A DNA stretch of 64,000 bases, from the NCBI GenBank assembly GCA_943704425.1, contig CALSCP010002236.1, positions 14,328 to 78,327 on the forward strand, in the 5' to 3' direction. The DNA comes from Ministeria vibrans ATCC 50519 (taxonomy: Eukaryota; Protista; Filasterea). The translations under genes and the position numbers were made by a program. Below the pieces are notes generated by a model. That model was given only the letters and a program-made list of their open reading frames with translations. It had not been told where the DNA came from and ran no database searches. Within the stretch, counting starts at the first letter, position 1. The number at the start of each line of letters is the position of its first letter. Shown here piece by piece: positions 38,501-51,707 of the stretch.

Positions 38501-41500
38501 ACAAGCGCCCAGCTCAGGGGTGTGGCGCCATCGAGTACGGAAAAAGCATGCGAGAAACTCGCACCAGATGCCATCTCAAATGGGGTCGTGGGCACGTTGC
38601 CAATGCGTGGCGATTGAAGTACCGTCACAAAGAAGGTCCACAAGTTGGAATCGAGCGAGTTGGAGGCAAGCACTGAGACTTGCAGCAAAATAACTGGTGT
38701 CGGTGACGTCCACGAGATGGTACCCGTCGTCTGATTGATGGTCATGCCTGGCTGCGCGGAGAAACCCGCAGGGAACGTCCAGAGGATGGGAGGCGAGCCG
38801 GCAAGCAGACCGGGGGTCACTTCGTAGTCGACACCCGATGCAATGGTGACGGCAGGCAACGACGAAGGATCGATGACGACCGCCTGCTGCACCTGAATGT
38901 CAAACACAACGGCGTGCTCCGAGACACCGTTCGACACGGTTGCAGTCACGGTGTAGTCGAAGCCGGGGTACTGGGGCGTGGGCCAGCTGATGACGCCCGT
39001 CTGACTGATGACCAGACCCGACGGAAGCGAAGGCGACACTGCAATGGTCCAGGTCATGGGACCCGTACCGGCGGCGAGACTCAACGAAATGGACAGCGGA
39101 ACATTCTCGAGGGGTGTCGCAGGCTGAGATGGAACGCTCGAAAGGTCCACAAGCACACCCTGAAGGCTGGTCAGGGAAAATGAGTGCGAGTCGGTGCTCG
39201 CGTCGTTGCTGGCGCTCACCACAAAGTCAATGGGAGTGGACGAGTGCGCCGCCACAGTCCACGTCAGATTACCGTCCACCGGCGAAATCTGACTGCCAAT
39301 GGGTCCCGAGTCCAGTGCCCACAGAATGGGCTGGCTGCCCGAAGCGCTCGCCTGCCGTGTGTAGTACGTGCCTTCAAGAATATTCTCCGATGGCAACGAT
39401 GAGGCGGTCACGAGGACGCCCGATTGGACGACCAGCGTAAAGTCAACAGCGTCCGAACCCATATTGTTGAGAGCTTGAACCGAAATGATAAAGGGACTGC
39501 CCACGACGGACGCAGTCGGCCAGTTGATGGCTCCCGTCGACGTGTCAATGACCATTCCCGAAGGTTCGCCCGAGAGTGACCAGCTCACCGGCAGGCTACC
39601 CTCGGAGAGCGTCGGCTGCAAGCTGTACTGCGATCCGTCACCAATCGTGACAACACTCGTGGGCAGACTCGTCGTCGAGATGACCGGAATGGCTCGCACC
39701 GCCAGTGTAAATGTCTCGTTCGTAGAGGATGCCGAGTTGCTCACGCCAATCACAATGGTGTACGGCTCGGTACGCAATTCGGTCGAGCCCCAAATGAGCG
39801 TGCCGTTGCTACCAGTCTGCTGCGACAGGAGCATGGTAGAGGGCGCGGAAATAAGAGTCATCGTGATGGGCTGGCTACCGCCCGTGATCGTAAGGGGCAT
39901 CTGGAAGACGGTGTTTTGCAGAACACTCTGGTCGGCAATGGGGGCAATGGTGGGCAAATCTTGTGCGAGCACAAGGAAGCTCACCTGGTCACTGCCCACC
40001 AAATTGCTCAACTTGACGGTGACGGTGACAGCGCTAGGAGTCGGGATCGGCGATGCCCACTTCAGCGTGAGCGAGCCAAAATCACTCGAGGAGACCACCA
40101 TGCCAGTGGGTGCGGTGACAAGTTCCCAGTTGCTGGGCGGCGAACCGCCCGAACGCAGCAGGGTAATCGAGTACGCTTGCGAGGTGGGCACATGTACCGT
40201 GCCGGTGGGCACGCTGTTGACATCGATGACGGGCAGGTCGTCGACTGTGAGCACAAAGGTGACGTTGTCGCTGCCGACAAGGTTGGCGGCATTCACAATC
40301 ACGGTGTAGGGACTGCCATTGCTGGTGGGCTCGGCCCAGTCAATGGCGCCCGTCGAAGAGTCAATGGTCATGGAAGCGGGAGCGCTCAGGAGCGACCACG
40401 TGATGGTGTTGGAGCCAGCTGTGAGTGTTGGCATGCGAGCGAATGCCGAAAACGACTTGATTGTCTCGTCCTCAAGGGTAGATGCATTGATTGCGGGTAC
40501 GGTGTCCACGCGCACCGTAATCGATGTTGTCTTGGCCCCCACAACGTTGGAAGCAATCACATTGATGGTGTACAGACCCTCGACGGCGGAGGGCCACACA
40601 AAGCTGCCGATGAGCGATGTGCCGGTCACTGAGCTGCCAGCGGGCGGCGACCCACTCAGCTGCCAGATGACAGGCGAGGCGCCGCGTGACGCGACAAAGT
40701 TGTAGCTAAAGGAAGCACCAGTGGTGGCCTGGAACGCCGAAACGGGTGTCGAGGGCACAACGAGAGCGGCGAGAACCTCAAGCTGGAAAGATGCTTGCGC
40801 CTGCGTGTGAGTGTTGCTCGCGAGCACTTCGACGGTGTGCGTATCGATGTTTCCCGTGGGAATGGCATCGTCAAAGGTAAGCACGCCCGTTGACGAGTCA
40901 ATGGTCATGCCCACGGGGTTTTGCGTGAGTGTCCACAGAATGGGGGCAAGACCAATTGCCGAAAAGATGTGCGTAAAGGTCGCACTCTCAAACACCTGCT
41001 GCGGTGACGTCGGCACCGAGCTACCCACGATGACGACGGCCTCGCCACGCAGGTACTGCACGTCCATTCCCACATTGCCACAGCCATCGGTAACGGTCCA
41101 TGTGCGCGCAATGACCTGCGTCGCCGGACACACGCTTGAGGAGTCGGTGTAGGTCACGACGGGTGTGGGGTTTCGCTCCACACACGCGGCCGACTGGGTG
41201 AGCACAATGGGTGTGCCGGTGAGCACAGCCGAGCCCAGGTCACTGCAATTGCCATAGGTAGTGTTGGCCGGGAATTGAATGAGCATGCCAGCAACGGCAA
41301 GATCTTCGTCAATGAGACCGTCACCGTCGTCATCAATGCCGTTGGCGAGTTCCTCGTCAACGCGGCCGTCACAATCGTTGTCGAGGCCGTCGGCGGGCAC
41401 ACCTTCGCAGCTAGCGCACGCCACACCGTCGTTGATGGTGCGCCAGAAACCACCCACACTGATGCCAAATGCATCATTGGTGGGAGCCATTGCAAAAACC

Positions 41501-44500
41501 ATGGCCCACATTTTCAGGTTGATTTTGTCGTGCTCGAGCACCACATGACCCACTGAGGAGGCCAGAGCCACCTCGAGGGTTTCCCAGCCACTAGTGTGAA
41601 TGGGAGTCCACGTGCCGCTCACGGCGACACCATTGAGGTGCACATCACCGCCTGTGTTCTGCGGCGCAAACAATCGCACATACTGCTGCGTAAAGTCCGT
41701 TGCAAACGTTGGCGGCACGGCAAACTGGTAGCGGTTGCGGAACTGCGTGGTAGGCACGAGGTAGGTAAGAAACGGATCACCAAGGGTACCGCTCGTGACT
41801 GCTGCGCCCTCCGTAAGAAGTGCCAGCAGAATGGGCGCATTCGACGAGATGACAGCGCCTTCAAAGCTAGCCGACAGCTCAAAGGTCGTGGGTGCATTGA
41901 AGGTGGTGCTGAGGAGAACAACGCCGTCGTTGGCCGTCACCGTGATCGAAGCGGTGACGCCCAGGGTCGCCGGCACGGCGCGGTACGTTGCGGGCGCGCC
42001 ATTGTGGGTGCCCACGAGTTTACTCGAGACAAACTTGGTGCCCATGGTCGTCGTGGGTGGCAGCTGGGCGGCCAGGTGCGAACAGTCCTTGTTGGAGCGC
42101 GGCACATTGGCACACTCGTGGCCCGCAATGAGCACAATGGGAGCAGAGGCGTTGATGCGCGAGCCCGAAAGATCGCTCAGCTGGGTGACACGCGACGAAA
42201 TTTGCAGCGTCTCCAGGCGATTCATCACCACCGTGCCAGACTGACCAGAAGTGAGAAAGCCCGAGCCGGTCGGAAAGTCCACAATTTGGCTGCTGGAGAC
42301 GGTGACAACGGTGTTGTCCTCAGTTGCCACAATGGAGTATTCGGTGCGCACTTCGCTTGGGTAGCCGGTGGGCTCACCCGTCGTGAGCACAACGTAGTCG
42401 TCGCCAAGCGAGCGCAGCGGGTACACGGGGTGGCCGTCGGTCGAGCCGGTGCGACTGTTGTAGGCAAAGACAGTGACGTCGGTGTCGGCCATCACATGTA
42501 CACCCTTGTCCTCGACTTGGCCACTGAGAGCGGCACGCAGCGACACCGGCAGTGAAACGTACTCAGTGGCGCCCGCTGCTACCGTGAATGTTTGCGACGT
42601 GAACAACGACGCGGCCGAGACAGTGACACTCGCGGCGGAGCCTGTCGACGAAATGGAGAGGACGAGCGTGTCTCGCGCGGTGCTTGTGACAAAGACGCGG
42701 TTCGACATGAAGGCGACCACAAACTCCTTGCCGGCATTGTCAATGTTGCTGGCAACACACGCCTGGTTGACACCACAGGGTGACTCGTTCGCCGGACACG
42801 AACACGTGTAGCCATTGAGCTGGTCAATGCAGGAGCCACTGGAGCCGCACGGGGACGAGGCGCACTCGTCAATGTTGGTCTCGCACTGAAGTCCGGTCGT
42901 GCCGAGCGGACAGCTACAGGAAAATGCACCAATATTGTTGGTACATACGCCTCCAAAGGCACACGGAGACGAAGCGCACTCGTCCGAGTCGGTCGAGCAG
43001 GTGGCGCCGGCATAGCCAATGACACAGGTACATACAAATGTGTTGAGAGTCGGCGTCGTGCAGGTACCGCCATTCTCGCACGGATCCGACTGACACTCGT
43101 CGATGTCGGTGCTGCACTGTACACCTGTGAAGCCAGCAACGCAGTCACACGAGTAGCTATTGACATTCAGGGTCTGACAGGTGCCGCCATTTTGGCATGG
43201 TGCCGACGCGCACTCGTCAATGTCCGTCTCGCATTGCGCGCCCGTGAAGCCGGCAAGACAGCTGCAGCTGAAAGCGTCAAGCTGAGACGAGCATGTTGCG
43301 CCGTTCTCACAGGGCGCCGAGGTACACTCGTCAATGTCCGTCTCACAAAGTGTTCCCGTAGTGCCCGCCACACATGTGCAGGCAAAGCCATCGACAGCGT
43401 CGACACAGGTCCCCGCATACTGACACGGTGACGAAGCACACTCGTCGACATTGACATCACAGTGCATCCCAGTGTAGCCGAGCACACAGGCACACGTGTA
43501 CGACGTGACGCCGTCCACGCAAGTAGCACCATTCTGACACGGCATTGACGCGCAGTCGTCCACGTTGGTCTCACACGTGTCGCCGGTGAAACCCGACGGA
43601 CAAAGGCAAAAGTAAAAGTTGATGGCATTGGCGCAGGAGGCGCCATTCTGGCAAGGCGTCGACAAACACTCGTCAATGTCCGTCTCACACCGCGTACCGG
43701 TGTAGCCAAGGACGCAGGCGCACGCGAAAGAGTTGACCGATTCGCTGCAGGTGCCGCCAAATTGACAGGGCATCGAGGCGCACTCGTTGATTTCCGTCTC
43801 GCAAAAGGGTCCGGTAAAGCCGGCGGGACACTCGCATGTATACGACTCGATACCGTCGCGACACACCGCACCGTTGATGCAGGGTGCCGAGAAGCAATCG
43901 TCGATGTTTGTCTCGCACTGAAGACCGCTAAATCCGGCGGGACACATGCATGCGTATGAGGCAAACTGGTCGGAAAGCTCGGAGGGACATGTGTCCACGA
44001 GCGACTGGGAGCCAAACGAAGAGGGCACCGCCAGCTGGGACGCATCGTTGTCGCCAAAGCAGACGAGACCCGAATCGGAGACGCGCTGAGCACACACAAA
44101 GTTTTCGCCGGCGCTGGGGCTGCGCATGGCACCCGCGGGAATATTGTTAAAGATGCTTGTCACGTCGTTTGTGTCACCAAAACACGTCAGTGCACGACCC
44201 GCCTGGAGTACGGCACACGAAAAAGCCTCGTTGGCAGCAATGTCGTGCACCACACCGGATGGCACGTCACCGACGCTGACTGAATCACCCCAGCAGAGCA
44301 GCTCGTGGTTGTCGGCACGCACGCCACAGCCGTGCACCGTGCCAATGGCAATGCGAACAAAAGTGTGTGCGCCCGACACTGAAGTTGGCGGGACGCTTGG
44401 CACACCCGTGCTATGGCACACAATCACACCAGCGGGTGTAAGACCGCACAGCACTGAGAGCGAGTTGAGGGCAATTTGTGTGTAGGGTCCGGCACCCTGA

Positions 44501-47500
44501 ACGGAATTGGGCACCGGCGAGCTGTAGGGGTTGACGCCGAGCGCTCCCACACACAGAACGGTGGAGTCACTTGTGCGAAGGCCACACACAACGCCTTGCG
44601 ACGCCACAAGCGTACCAGAAGCGATAGGTGATGCCAGCGTAAATGTGTTGCCAAAGCCCGTCCCACCAAAGTCTGTGTAGTCGCGACCCCAGCAGATAGT
44701 GGTGCCGTCGGCCTGACGACCGCACGCAAAGTCGCCACCCGCAACTGTTTCGACGAATCCTGCTCCACCGTTGACCACGGCAAGCTGCGAGAAGGAATTG
44801 GTGCCGCCCCAACAACGGAGAATGCCGTCCACCTGGGCAATGGCGCATGTGAGTGAAAAGCCCGCGGAAAAGTAGGTGCATGCTCCGTCAAGGGTGTCAA
44901 TCGACGACTCGGAGCAACTTCCGCCGTGCTGGCAGGGTGTCGACGAGCATTCGTCAAGATCACTTTCACAGTGGGCACCGGTGAAACCGGTGGCACAGGT
45001 GCAAAAGAATGCATTGATGTTGTTGACACACGTGGCACCATTGATGCAGGGTGTCGACTGACACTCGTCCACCTCTGTTTCGCAGCTTGTGCCGACGTAG
45101 CCGGCAACACACACACACACAGACGAACCAATGCCGTCCTGGCATGTGGCACCGTTTTGACATGAATGTCCCAGGCAATCGTCTACGTTGGTCTCACACA
45201 CAACGCCCGTGAACCCGGTGGCGCATGTGCATGCGTAGTTGTCGACCGCATCGACGCAAGTGCCACCGTTGGCGCACGGTGTTGATGCACACTCATCGAC
45301 ATTGGTCTCGCATTGGACACCGGTGAAGCCGGGAAAACAGCCGCACTGGAAGGCGTCCACAAAGTTGAAGCAGGCTCCATTGATGCAGGGAGACGACGAG
45401 CACTCGTCAATGAGCGTCTCGCAGAGTACGCCCGTCACGCCTGCCGGACAGGTGCAGGTAAAGCCGTCGACAAGGCCAACACACGTGGCGCCGTTTGTGC
45501 ACGGCAGCGACGCACACTCATCGATGTCGCCGTTGCAGGTGACGCCGAAAAAGCCAGCGGCACACGCACATTCAAAACTACTAACACCGTCGGTGCATGA
45601 CGCACCGTTCGAACAAGGGCTTGACGCACACTCGTCGACGTTTGTTTCGCAGTGGACGCCCACGTAGCCCTCGACACACTGACACGAGTACTGGGCAACG
45701 TCGTCGACACACGTGGCACCATTTTGGCAGGGCATCGAAGAGCACTCGTCCACCACCGTCTCGCAAAGAGCTCCCGTGACACCAACGGGACAGGTGCACA
45801 CATATGCGTCAACCAGATTTGCACACGAGGCGCCATTGGAACACGGCGACGAGGCACACTCGTCGACCTCCGACTCACACGCGTCTCCTGTAAAGCCCGA
45901 TGCACAAAGACACACAAAACCATCGACGTCGTCGACACACGTGGCGGCATTGGAGCACGGCAACGAAATGCACTCGTCAATGTCCGTTTCGCAATGGACG
46001 CCCGTGTAGCCGGCGGCACACACGCACGCGTACGAGAAGTCGCCGTCAACACAGCCGGCGCCGTTTGAGCAGGGCGACGAGACGCACTCGTCAATGTTTG
46101 TTTCGCACGCAATACCATTGAATCCATTGAGACAGGCACAGGTGTATCCATCAATCAAGTCGGTACAGGTACCGCCATTGTGACACGGTGTTGAGTCACA
46201 CTCGTTGATGTCAGTGTCACACTGGGTTCCGGTGAAACCACTGGCGCACACGCAGCTGAATCCGGCGACAAGATCCGAGCAGGTGGCACCGTTTGAGCAG
46301 GGCGACGACAGACACTCGACCGCCTCGACGGCACAGTCGACGCCGTTGAATCCCGTGGCGCAGTCGCAAGTGTAGCTGTTGACACCGTCGACACACGTGG
46401 CGCCGTTGCTGCACGGTGACGAGGAACACTCGTCGACATTGCTCTCACACGTGACTCCCGCGAAACCCGAATGACACGTACACAAAAACCCATCAATAGA
46501 ATCGGTACAGGTGGCAGCATTGGCACACGGCGACGAGCCGCACTCGTCAACGTTGACATTGCACGAGGCACTCTAGTACCCCGCGACACAGGCGCACACA
46601 AAGCCGTTGACGGCGTCGGAACACGTGCCGCCGTTTTGGCAGGGCTGCGAAAGGCACTCGTCGAGGTCCGTCTCGCAGAGGAGGCCCTCGTAGCCCGAGG
46701 GACACACACACTGGTAGAAATCGGTGAGAGGCACCTCGGAGATGTCGCGGTACTTGAAGGTTGGGCCAAAGTACTTGAACGAGCCCGACGACTGTGGGTT
46801 GCCGCAAAAGGACAGCGAGTTGGCATTGCACAGGTTTCCACCAGTCCAGGTCATGTCGGAGCTTGAGGCAAACGTGACGGTGCTTGTGTCAAACTCAAAC
46901 TGATCGTTGGCACCTTGGATGCTGAAAAATGCCACGATAGTAAAGGTGCCACTCGAGGCGAGTGTCACGTCGTTGCCGAGCACAGACACGTAGCGGAATT
47001 GACCGTCAAGGGACGCTGAGGTGCCGGCGGGCACAGAGGCCGAGACAAGGAGTGCGCCGCTGCCGCTGTCGTAGATGCCAATGGAGTGGGGAAAGGCAAG
47101 GCCGTCTTGGTTGTGGTCATAGAGGCCCAGTTCGCTGATGAGAAGCGCCTTGCTCGTGGTGAAGGTCCAACCGTACACGCGATCGACTGTGCCGGGTGCG
47201 GCGGTCGACACGCCGAACGGAACAAAACTTTGGACGGCCGCGTTGTCGACAATCAGCGTCGACGTAGCCTTGCACTGTCCACCGTTCGAACAAGGGCTCG
47301 ACGCACACTCATCGACGTCACTTTCACACTGGTCGCCGACGAAGCCGGTGGGACACGCACACGAAAATTCGTCGACACCGTCGGAACAGGTGGCACCGTT
47401 GACACACGGGCTTGAAGCGCACTCGTCGACATCACTCTCACAGACGTCGCCAACAAAGCCGCTGGCGCAGACACACTGAAAGAGATTCAGCGTAGGTGTC

Positions 47501-50500
47501 GCGCAAGTGGCCCCATTGGAGCAAGGGCTTGATGCACACTCGTCAATATCCGTTTCACATTGAGTGCCGGTAAAACCATCGATGCAAGTACACTGAAACA
47601 GATTTGCCGAGCCCCCCTGCGAGCAGGTAGCACCATTGGAGCAGGGAGACGAGGCACACTCGTCCATGTCAGACTCGCAGTGGGTACCGGTGAACCCCCC
47701 AAGGCAGACACACTCGTAGGCGTTGGCAATCGTGCCCTGGACACAGTTGGCGCCATTGAGGCAGGGCGCCGAAAGACACTCGTCCACCTCAAGGTGGCAG
47801 TTGTCACCGGCAAAACCGGCAACGCACTGACACTGCCAGTGGTTTGCCTGGCCATTGTCGATACAGCTGCCGCCATTGGAGCAGGGCGACGAGACGCATT
47901 CGTCCACGTCCGACTCACAATGGACGCCCACGAATCCATCGGCACACATACACGCGTACAAGTCGGCCGTCTGACTGACGGTACAGGTGGCGCCGTTGGA
48001 GCAAGGAGACGAGGCACACTCATCAATGTCCGACTCGCAATTTGTTCCGGTAAAACCCGAGACGCAGCTGCACATGTAAAACTCCACGGTTGTCGACTGC
48101 GAGCAGGTAGCACCGTTGGTGCAAGGTGATGAAGCACACTCGTCAATGTCCGATTCGCAAACGGTTCCGGTAAAACCAGGCGCACACACGCACGCATAGG
48201 AGGCGAGCGACGTCCCTTGCGAGCAAGTCGCACCATTGGCGCACGGCGACGAAGCGCACTCGTCAATGTCCGATTCGCAAACGGTGCCGGTGAAGCCGGC
48301 GGCACACACGCACGTGAACACGTCCGCAACAGCATTTGTGTCGACGCAGGTGGCACCATTGGCACAAGGCGACGAGGCGCACTCGTCGACAAACTGGTCG
48401 CACTGAGAGCCGGTAAAGCCCGCAACGCAAGCGCACGCGTAGGCGTTTGGAGATGAAGGTGTCGTCGAGCAAGAGGCGCCATTGGTGCATGGTGACGAAG
48501 CACACTCGTCAACATCACTGTCGCACAGCGTGCCAAAGTATCCGGCGCTGCAGAGACAGTCAAAGCGCGCAAGTTGAACGGGATCGTCGACACACGAGGC
48601 ACCGTTGGAGCAGGGCGACGAGGCACACTCGTCAATTTTCGACTCGCAACTGATGCCCGTTGTTCCGAGGGGACAAAGACACTGGTGAGAGTCGAGTCCA
48701 TCCAGACAGGTGCCACCGAAAAAGCAGGGCTTTGAGGCACAGTCGTCGGGATTGGTCGAGCACGTCGCGTCGGAAAAGCCGGTGGCGCAAGAGCAGCTGT
48801 AGCTGTCAATCAAGTCCACGCATGTGCCAGAATTCTGACAGGGATTCGATGCACAGTCGTCAATGTTTGTCTCGCACAAGATACCGGTCAGGCCGGCAGG
48901 ACAGGCACACGTGAATCCGTTGACAATGTCATTGCAGGTGGCAAGCTGACTGCAGGGTGTCGAGGCGCACTCGTCAATGTTGGTCGAGCACACACTGTCC
49001 GTGTAGCCCGGAACACAGGCACAAGTAAAGCCATCGACCGTGTCGGTACAGGCTGCGCCGTTGGCACACGGCGACGAGGCACACTCGTTCATTTCGCTCT
49101 GGCACACGACGCCGCTGAATCCCGATGCACAGGTGCACGCAAAGCCATCGATCCCGTCGACACATGTCGCACCATTGGAGCAGGGTGACGAAGCACACTC
49201 GTTCATTTCGCTCTGACACGCAACACCGGTGAAGCCGGAAGCGCAGGTACAGGTGTAGCCATCGACATTGTCGGTACACGTCGCGCCATTTGAACAGGGA
49301 GACGACGCACACTCATCAATGTCCGACTCGCACGTGACGCCGGTAAAGCCCGCGTGGCACGCGCACGAAAACCCGTCGACAGCGTCGGTGCATGTTGCAG
49401 CGTTTGTGCAGGGAGACGAGGCGCATTCGTCCATATTCGATTCGCAGGTAACACCGGTAAAGCCCGAGTGACACGCGCAAGAAAAGCCGTCGACGGCATC
49501 CGTACACGTCGCGGCGTTGGTACAGGGGGACGAGGCGCACTCGTCCATGTCCGACTCGCATGCGACTCCGGTGAAGCCTGAGTGACAGGTACACGTGAAA
49601 CCGTCGACGGCATCCGTACACGTCGCGGCGTTGGAGCAAGGAGACGAGGCGCACTCGTTGATGTCCGACTCACAGGTGACACCGGTAAATCCCGAGTGAC
49701 AGGCGCAGGTGAAACCATCGACTGCGTCGGTGCACGTCGCGGCGTTGGTGCAAGGCGACGAGGCACACTCGTCAAACTCGCTTGAGCACAACAGACCTGT
49801 AAAGCCCGAGGCACAGCCGCACGAGAAACCGTCGACGGCGTCCGTGCAAGTCGCACCATTGGCACAGGGCGACGAGCCACACTCGTCAATGTCAGTCTCG
49901 CAAATGGTGCCAGTGAAACCTTGAGCACATGTACAGGAGTAGGATGCCACGCCGTCGTTACAGGTGCCACCATTTTGGCAGGGCAACGAAGCACACTCGT
50001 CCACATTGGTTTCGCACGAGAGTCCATCAAATCCGGAGGGACAAGCGCACGAAAATGAGCCGATGTTGTCGGTGCACACGCCGCTATTGGCGCACGGAGA
50101 CGATGCACACTCGTCAATTTCCGACTCACACTGCACACCAGTGTAGCCAGCGACGCACGAGCACTGATGAGAACCTTTGTAAGTGGCGCCGACGAGCAAA
50201 TCGTCGACCCACCATCCATCGCCGCCAGTCCCTGCGTCGGTTCCGTAGCGAAAACGGAGGAGCACGGTGAGGCGTGCGAAGAAGGAGGGAACGGAAATAC
50301 GCGTGCGGATGTAGGCGCCCGCGTCGAAACCGGCGCTCTTGCCGGTAAAAGCCATGCGTTGAACGGCGGTACCACCGCCGTTGTTGGGATTGTATAGGGG
50401 ATAGTTGGGGCCGAACGGCTCGTTGTCGACGAGACAAGTAAGCTGGCCATTGTAGCCATTCTCAAGGAAGGTCATGCCGAGTGCGGTGATGTCGTCCCAC

Positions 50501-51077
50501 GACTCGCCGGAAATGTTGATCTCAATGACGCCACCGTCGCACGACGTCTCAGTGTTGTAACGATGGTAAAACTCGATGATAGTGGACGAGTCGGCAACGA
50601 ACACGGGAAGGACGAGGTAGGAATCAACGGTGGTGTCGGGATCGGGAAAACGCGCGGCATTCAATGGGCTGTGGTAGCTCAGACCCGACTCGATTTTCCA
50701 GTCGACCTGGGCATACGTGATGCGCGAGTCGGTCGAGACAGCGGACGACGTAGAGAAGCCCGCAGGCAGGGACGTTGAAGCATCAAAGTCCTGAAGGACA
50801 TCTTCCAAGAGTGCACTACAAGTGGCAGCGTTGGCACACGGGCTACTGTTGCACTCGACATCTTGCGCACTCTACACGACAATCACAAGGCAATCAGTGG
50901 TATGAGCAGAATCACCGAGAAGGATAGAAGAGAAGAGATGGTGAGTGGGAGGAGAGGGGAGGGGGAAGGGAAAGATGCGTTCATCGAGTGCGCGACACGT
51001 CCAAACAGTCTTACCGCAATCTGTGCGAAAGAAATCAACGCCAGGGCAACTAGCACGAGGCCCAAAGGACGTGACAT
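29578..51077 (-). CDS. Giant type I membrane adhesion/receptor-like protein (~7100 aa) with one in-frame TAG at 46573-46575
   Basis: Exon 1 (51077-51015) encodes the signal peptide MSRPLGLVLVALALISFAQIA. Intron 51014-50872 is phase 0. Exon 2 (50871-29578) is one frame: ~50 Ca-binding EGF repeats with three inserted domains, then 3x [IgGFc-binding-like, DxDNDCDG Ca loop, HYR-like, He_PIG/cadherin-like Ig repeats], the TM WIVLAVCLALLLLLLILICWCCCC and a cytoplasmic tail. The 1411-aa and 5635-aa ORFs are in the same frame (90 nt offset). Confidence 0.88.
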
Positions 51078-51669
51078 AATAGGTCTATGGTACAAGAAGG
51101 TGGAATAACGTGGAGAGAGGAGGATCGTGAGAATCATGAAATATATAATTATATATATATAATTATATTAGAAACACGTTGCAACAGAGCGACAGAGCGC
51201 CTGTGTGCGCGCTACGGCGGACTTGTGCGCACATGACGCGCTCAACACAGGGCACGCCTATGCCGGACGGCACTGCCCCGGGAGCAAAGAGCGACAGCCC
51301 ATGGCTCTAAAGTCACTCTGCGGTTTTCTTTTTTGAGCGGTGCACGCCGTGACGAAGGCACAGCAAAGCGAAAAGCATCGCAAGGGCTTGCAGATCACGC
51401 GACTGAGCTGCGTGCGGCTCAGCGCATGCGGCAACCAATGCGCCTGGGCCGTTGCAAGGGCGAGTGCCAGCAAGACGTGCGATGGTTTACGGCTCTTGAT
51501 CGGAGACTGCTCGTCGCAAAAAAAACCTACTCTGCGCATTTGACGAGCGAAGCAGAGCGGACGGCATATGGAACGCCACCCCTCGGTTCATTGCGTACGA
51601 ATATCCGCACGTGTTGATCTCGACCATGCGAGAAAAGCGTCAAGCGCTGACTGGAACTGAGTCAAAGAT

Positions 51670-51671
<2 letters not shown>

Positions 51672-51705
<34 letters not shown>
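51672..51705. repeat. poly(A) run
   Basis: Homopolymer read directly from the sequence. Confidence 0.9.

Positions 51706-51707
<2 letters not shown>

Noticed and set aside
46573-46575. TAG reassigned to an amino acid (alternative genetic code)
   Set aside because: TAG is the evident terminator of ABCA, Sec20, mL43, CMC4 and the FG-GAP gene, and no other in-frame TAG occurs in long exons.
29578-51077. Notch orthologue
   Set aside because: No LNR, NOD or ankyrin repeats; only the EGF type is shared.
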